Positions 54,744-64,000 of a stretch of DNA of 64,000 nt are shown piece by piece (the first letter of the stretch is position 1; every line of letters starts with the position of its first letter). The notes under the pieces were generated by a model, which had not been told where the DNA came from, ran no database searches, and was given only the letters and a program-made list of their open reading frames with translations. The position numbers and the translations under genes are program-made. The stretch spans positions 21,370 to 85,369 of the forward strand of contig CAXHJY010000821.1 in assembly GCA_964016885.1 (NCBI GenBank). Direction: 5' to 3'. The DNA is from Eledone cirrhosa. Taxonomy: Eukaryota.

Positions 54744-55983
54744 ATATAAATATTTAACGGAAAACATTATTTTAGAAATATATAAATTTGTTTAAAATGT
54801 TTTTGATGATAAAGAAAAAAGAAAACACTAATATTAGGATTGGCAAAAAGAGAAAGAAAGCTTTAACACACAACTAACACTTGTTGCTTTTGTAACAACA
54901 GCGCAGTTATCATACATATTCATATAAAACTACTCAAGCTAACTTGAAAAGTTAAGGAAACATTAAGCACCAACATTTATTCCAATGAAGAAGAAAATGA
55001 AAACACTATTCAGAAATACTTAAGGCTTCGAAAATATATTTTATCGTTCAAGTATGACCGATATACGTAAATGAAGAACTATTGAAAAAACAATGCGTTT
55101 AGAAAATGGAAAGGATTTGGGTTTTTTTTTTAATATGTAAAATTACTATTTAATTTTGAAAAAATATATTTACTTAAAACACATCTAAAACTTGAAATAT
55201 TTTTTGAAAGATTTATAGGTGCAATCATGGATGTGTAGTTAAGGAGTTCACTTCACAACTACGTGCCTCTAGGTTTATTCCTACCACCTTGGATAAGTGT
55301 TTTCTACTATAGCCTCAGATTAACCAATACTTTGTTAATGGAATTTGGTAGGAGACTGCACAACCCTGTCATGTGTGTGTGTGTGTGTCATTCTATATAT
55401 ATGTCTCGTAATGTTTGACAAAAGAGAGATTGATAAAATAAGTACTGGAGTCGATATATTGATTAAAACAAGCCAGTGCCCTAGTATGGCCACAGTATGG
55501 TGACCAATACCAGCAAAAGAATAAAAGAATCGAATTTTGCAGCATACTAAAACTATTTATTGAAAAAACGGTGGTAGTGGTGGTGGGAAATAATTTAGTT
55601 AAAATGAAATTATTACTGAGAATTATTTAATCATTTTACATCCATTTTCCACATTGGCGTGGGTTGGACAGATTATCAAAGTCCAAGACCAGACAAGTTT
55701 CTCAAAATTTCAAAAGATAAAAATCATCAATTAATAAGTTACAAAAATAATTTTTAAAAATGTTTGAAAAAAAATGTTTAGATATAAAATGATTTAAAAG
55801 CCTAAAATGCTTTACGGAAAATTAATTTTAGATAGGTGTGTCCCATGTGTCCCAACATAAATAACCATAATTTCTCAATACAGTAAAACTGTTTTTCAAA
55901 CAGGAGGAACATGTTTTAAATTTAGATAATTATGATTACAGTTCACTATAATTATATTTTAGAACTATATTTCTTATAAATGT

Positions 55984-56470
55984 TTAACCCTTTTATTACC
56001 ATATCTCTAATGAAAGACTCTGCCTAGGATTTTCAAATAGTTTTGGAAATAATCAAGAATTTGCAAAGATTTAGTAATTAACAATATTTCTCATTATTAA
56101 ATTGGTGTTTGGAACAAAGTGTCTAATACAAAATTATGATGGAAGGTTTTTAGATAAATATAAACACTTATTCCATTGACCATTATGATGTGTGGCCGAT
56201 TGTCGCACTTGGTGAATTGATGGTAATTATTTTTATTTTTTCCCCCTTTTTTTCTTTCTCTCACTCTGGTCACATATTTTGGTGTGCTGTATTTGTGAGG
56301 TTCCTAGCAATAGTTAATTGTATGTTATATTTGTGTCTATATTTTCATTCTAAAAGAATTGTGAGAAACTTGTAATGTATACATTTAAAACTTAATAAAA
56401 CTTTAAATAAACACCCTTGAATCATGGAACCAGGATCAGTTTCAGGCAGATTGGTATCAAAAGGGTTTAA
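55984..56470 (+). mobile_element. MITE family M2 with internal insertion
   Basis: TTAACCCTTTTATTACCA...TGGTATCAAAAGGGTTTAA inverted termini. Confidence 0.6.
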
Positions 56471-56899
56471 TGTACTTTGAAAGCATGACATGGGCACCAC
56501 TTTTATTTTCCATGATTTCACTAAATAACCCTTACATATTAGGTCTAAATATAGAATCATCAACATTTGATATAATAATACTGCCACACTGTTCTAGGAA
56601 GACTTCTGGACATTCCATTAACTTTTTTTTTTGCAAAAAGTATTAGGGAACTATTTTTATCAAGAATAAATAAAGGTAAAACTGTTACCTTCAAAAGTAT
56701 TTAAACGAATTTTAAAGAATATAATTATTTTTCATTTATTTAATTCAAATGTTAAATACAATTTACAGATCCCACCTATACAGGTTTAGATGACCTCTTA
56801 TGAGTATGTATTTCATAGGAGGTTTCTCATGTGTTTTAATGGCAGACCAATCACACACATTATATCTATATATTGTTACAGCTCACATCTGATATAAGT

Positions 56900-57126
56900 T
56901 TAACCCTTTAGTATATAAACTGGCCGTATCCTGCCAGAATTCTCTCATCTCTTTCTGTTCAAACAGGTTGTAACTAGCCACTCATACTTATGTTAAGGTA
57001 TTGTTCTCAAAATGAATAATATCAAAATCTCATAGATTCGATATTATGTGAGATAATTATGTGACAAAGTGTTTACCGTGAAAATATAATATTAAGAATA
57101 GAGTAATGTAAATGATACAGGGTTAA
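56900..57126 (+). mobile_element. MITE family M1
   Basis: TTAACCCT...AGGGTTAA termini; family body. Confidence 0.75.
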
Positions 57127-57270
57127 ATGGCCTCAAACAGGTTTGTATATCTCATAGGTTTCTCAAGTATTTTAATAAAAAGGGCCCCAGTTACATTTAA
57201 TCAAATTCATTTCAAGTTCAAAATTAAAAGAATAATAAATAATGAAGAAAGTTTTCGTGGTGTAACTTAC

Positions 57271-57350
57271 TCACTTGGCTTTTGCTTTTATTTTTATAGA
57301 AAAACAGTGCTTACCTAAAAATAAAAGAAAAGTATAAATTAAATTAAAAT
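57271..57350 (-). other. Candidate recursive splice site with 40/44-nt RS exon
   Basis: Minus strand: TTTAATTTATACTTTTCTTTTATTTTTAG|GTAAGC (57315/57314) then CCAA|GTGA|GTAAGT overlapping donors (GT at 57274 and 57270). Confidence 0.5.
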
Positions 57351-57929
57351 TCCAAGAAAATTTAAAAGAAAACTATGAAAATAGTTAATGTTTAGATGGA
57401 TAACATTATCTGGATGATTCAGAAATATTAAAAAATATTCCAGTGTCTATTAACTATTTTGATACCAAGCCAGCCAAAACAGGCTCTGGTTTTATTAAAG
57501 CCTTCCAACATAATTTTAGTAAATTCTCCAAAATTCTTCATTAATTAAATGAAATAGACATATGACCATGAAAAGTTTAAAGTACTGGGATACCATAAGG
57601 TAAGTGTGCTTTGATAAAATTTAATCTGTTATACACACACACACATATATATATATACATATATATATCATAATATGTATATATATATCATAAAATACAA
57701 GAAATGTAAGTATGTATACGTACATACATATATGTATATAGATGTACAGTAGTATGTATATATACACATACAGGTACACATATATATATATACGTATGGG
57801 TTTATGTATGTATATATATACATACTACTGTACGTCTGTATACATATATGTATGTACGTATATATACTTACATTTAAGTATCAGCCGTACTAAGTCAGAA
57901 ATTTCATTTCATTTCATTCTTTTCCATAA

Positions 57930-57935
57930 AATATA

Positions 57936-57966
<31 letters not shown>

Positions 57967-58012
57967 TATATATATATATAAATATATATATAAATATATA
58001 TCATATAACATA

Positions 58013-58045
<33 letters not shown>

Positions 58046-58424
58046 TATATATATATAAATATATATATAAATATATATCATATAACATAATATATATATA
58101 TATATATATATACACGCACACACACACACACACACACATATATATGAATACATATCATATAACATAATATATATATATACACACATAAATATATATATAA
58201 ATACATATATAACATAATATATATATATATATATATACACACACATATATATATATATATAAATACATATATAACAATATATATATACACACACACACAC
58301 ATATATAAATACATATCATTAAACAATATATATATATACACACACACATAAATACATATCATATAACATAATATATATATATATATATATACACACACAT
58401 ATATATAAATACATATCATATAAC

Positions 58425-58472
<48 letters not shown>

Positions 58473-59295
58473 TATAAATACATATCATATAACATAATAT
58501 ATATATATATACACACACATATATAAATACATATCATATAACATAATATATATATATACACACAAATACATATCATATAACAATATATATATATATATAT
58601 ATATACATACATACACATAAATACATATCATATAACAATATATATATATATATATATTGTTATTCTTGGGGAGGGTCATATTTGCGTAATATTGCCAGAA
58701 TTAATAACAGAACACACTCACTGTTTGGTTGGTTTTCGCTTCTCGCTGTCTTTTATTAGATTGTGCGCTATAAACTATATATATATATATGTGTTTGTGT
58801 CTATATTGTATCTGTATTATTTTTGACCGCTGGTCAGTCAATGGCAACATTGAGGACAGAGTAAGTTAGATCGCAGATATAATAAAAGACAGCGAGAAAC
58901 GAAAGCCAACCAAACAGTGAGTGTGTTCTGTTATTAATTCTGGCAATATTACGCAAAGATGACCCTCCCCAAGTATAACAATATCTGTTTCGACACACGA
59001 TTTCATATAAAAAACCTCGCAAAACTAATTCATCGCCGCTATATATATATATATATACACACATAAATACATATCATATAACAATATATATATATATATA
59101 TATACATACACACACACACACACATATATATATATAAATATATATCATATAATATAATATAAATATATATATATACACGCACACAGACACAAACATATAT
59201 ATATAAATATATATAATAACATAATATATATATACACAGACACAAACATATATATATGTAAATATATATATACACGCAGAAACTTATGTATACAT

Positions 59296-59330
<35 letters not shown>

Positions 59331-59510
59331 TATATCATATACACACACACATATATATATATATAAATATATATCATATACACACACATATATATATATA
59401 AATATATATCATATAATTATATATATATATATATTATATATACATATGTATATTATATATTATATATATATATATATACATACATACACATATATATCAT
59501 AATACAATAT
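57930..59510. repeat. Minisatellite (ATCATATAACATAA-(TA)n-(CA)n units) interrupted at 58656-59040
   Basis: Same unit type on both sides of the insertion. Confidence 0.92.
58656..59040. mobile_element. Element with ~103-bp inverted arms (MITE or fold-back)
   Basis: 58656-58758 and 58880-58983 are reverse complements with few mismatches; single arms at 10717-10812 and, decayed, 59515-59642. Confidence 0.8.
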
Positions 59511-59655
59511 ACATATCGTCATGTTGTCCCAATGTTGCCAATAGTAAAACACACTGATTTGTTTGGTTTTCACTTCAACCAAAGCAATCAGTGTGTTTCA
59601 CAATTCTTTTGCAAAAATGAAGACATGACCCTCCCCAAATATATATAATATATAT

Positions 59656-59917
59656 GGAGGCACATGGCTTAATGGTTGGGGCATTGGCCTTGCAATCGAA
59701 AGGTTGTTAGTTCAATCCTCAGACCGGGTGATGTGTTGTTTCCTTGAGCAAGACACTTTATTTCACATTGCTCCAGTTTACTCAGCTGTAGAAATGAGAT
59801 GATAGGGACAGGGGTCCATATCATTCCACTGCAAAGTTGTCGTGGAGGTGACATGGCAAAAAAGCAACCAGCACTCACAGTAAATGAGGTTGGTGTTAGG
59901 AAGGGCATCCAGCTGTA
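59656..59917 (+). mobile_element. SINE family A, 3'-truncated at the (TA)n array
   Basis: Matches 8023-8285. Confidence 0.9.

Positions 59918-64000
<4,083 letters not shown>

Overview
Very AT-rich eukaryotic DNA dominated by (TA)n-derived micro/minisatellites and interspersed repeats. The repeat landscape looks like an octopus/coleoid cephalopod genome; that is inference, not verified. No intact host protein-coding gene can be supported, and most long ORFs are IY-repeat artefacts. Identifiable elements: a 5'-truncated, disrupted Penelope-like retroelement (RT + C-terminal GIY-YIG, 30.6-33.06 kb); fragments of RTE, L1/Tx1 and RLE-type LINEs; several tRNA-derived SINE families, one sharing its 3' tail with the RTE LINE; and TTAA-flanked MITEs. 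Two signals stand out. (1) Three structurally complete type-I hammerhead ribozymes (14235-14305 -, 30394-30448 -, 32891-33003 +) plus several decayed ones, mostly within small fold-back insertions in (TA)n. (2) Two strong polypyrimidine-YAG|GTAAG motifs on the minus strand (57315 and 24383), each followed by a short cryptic exon with a second donor, suggesting recursive splicing of a very long minus-strand intron.
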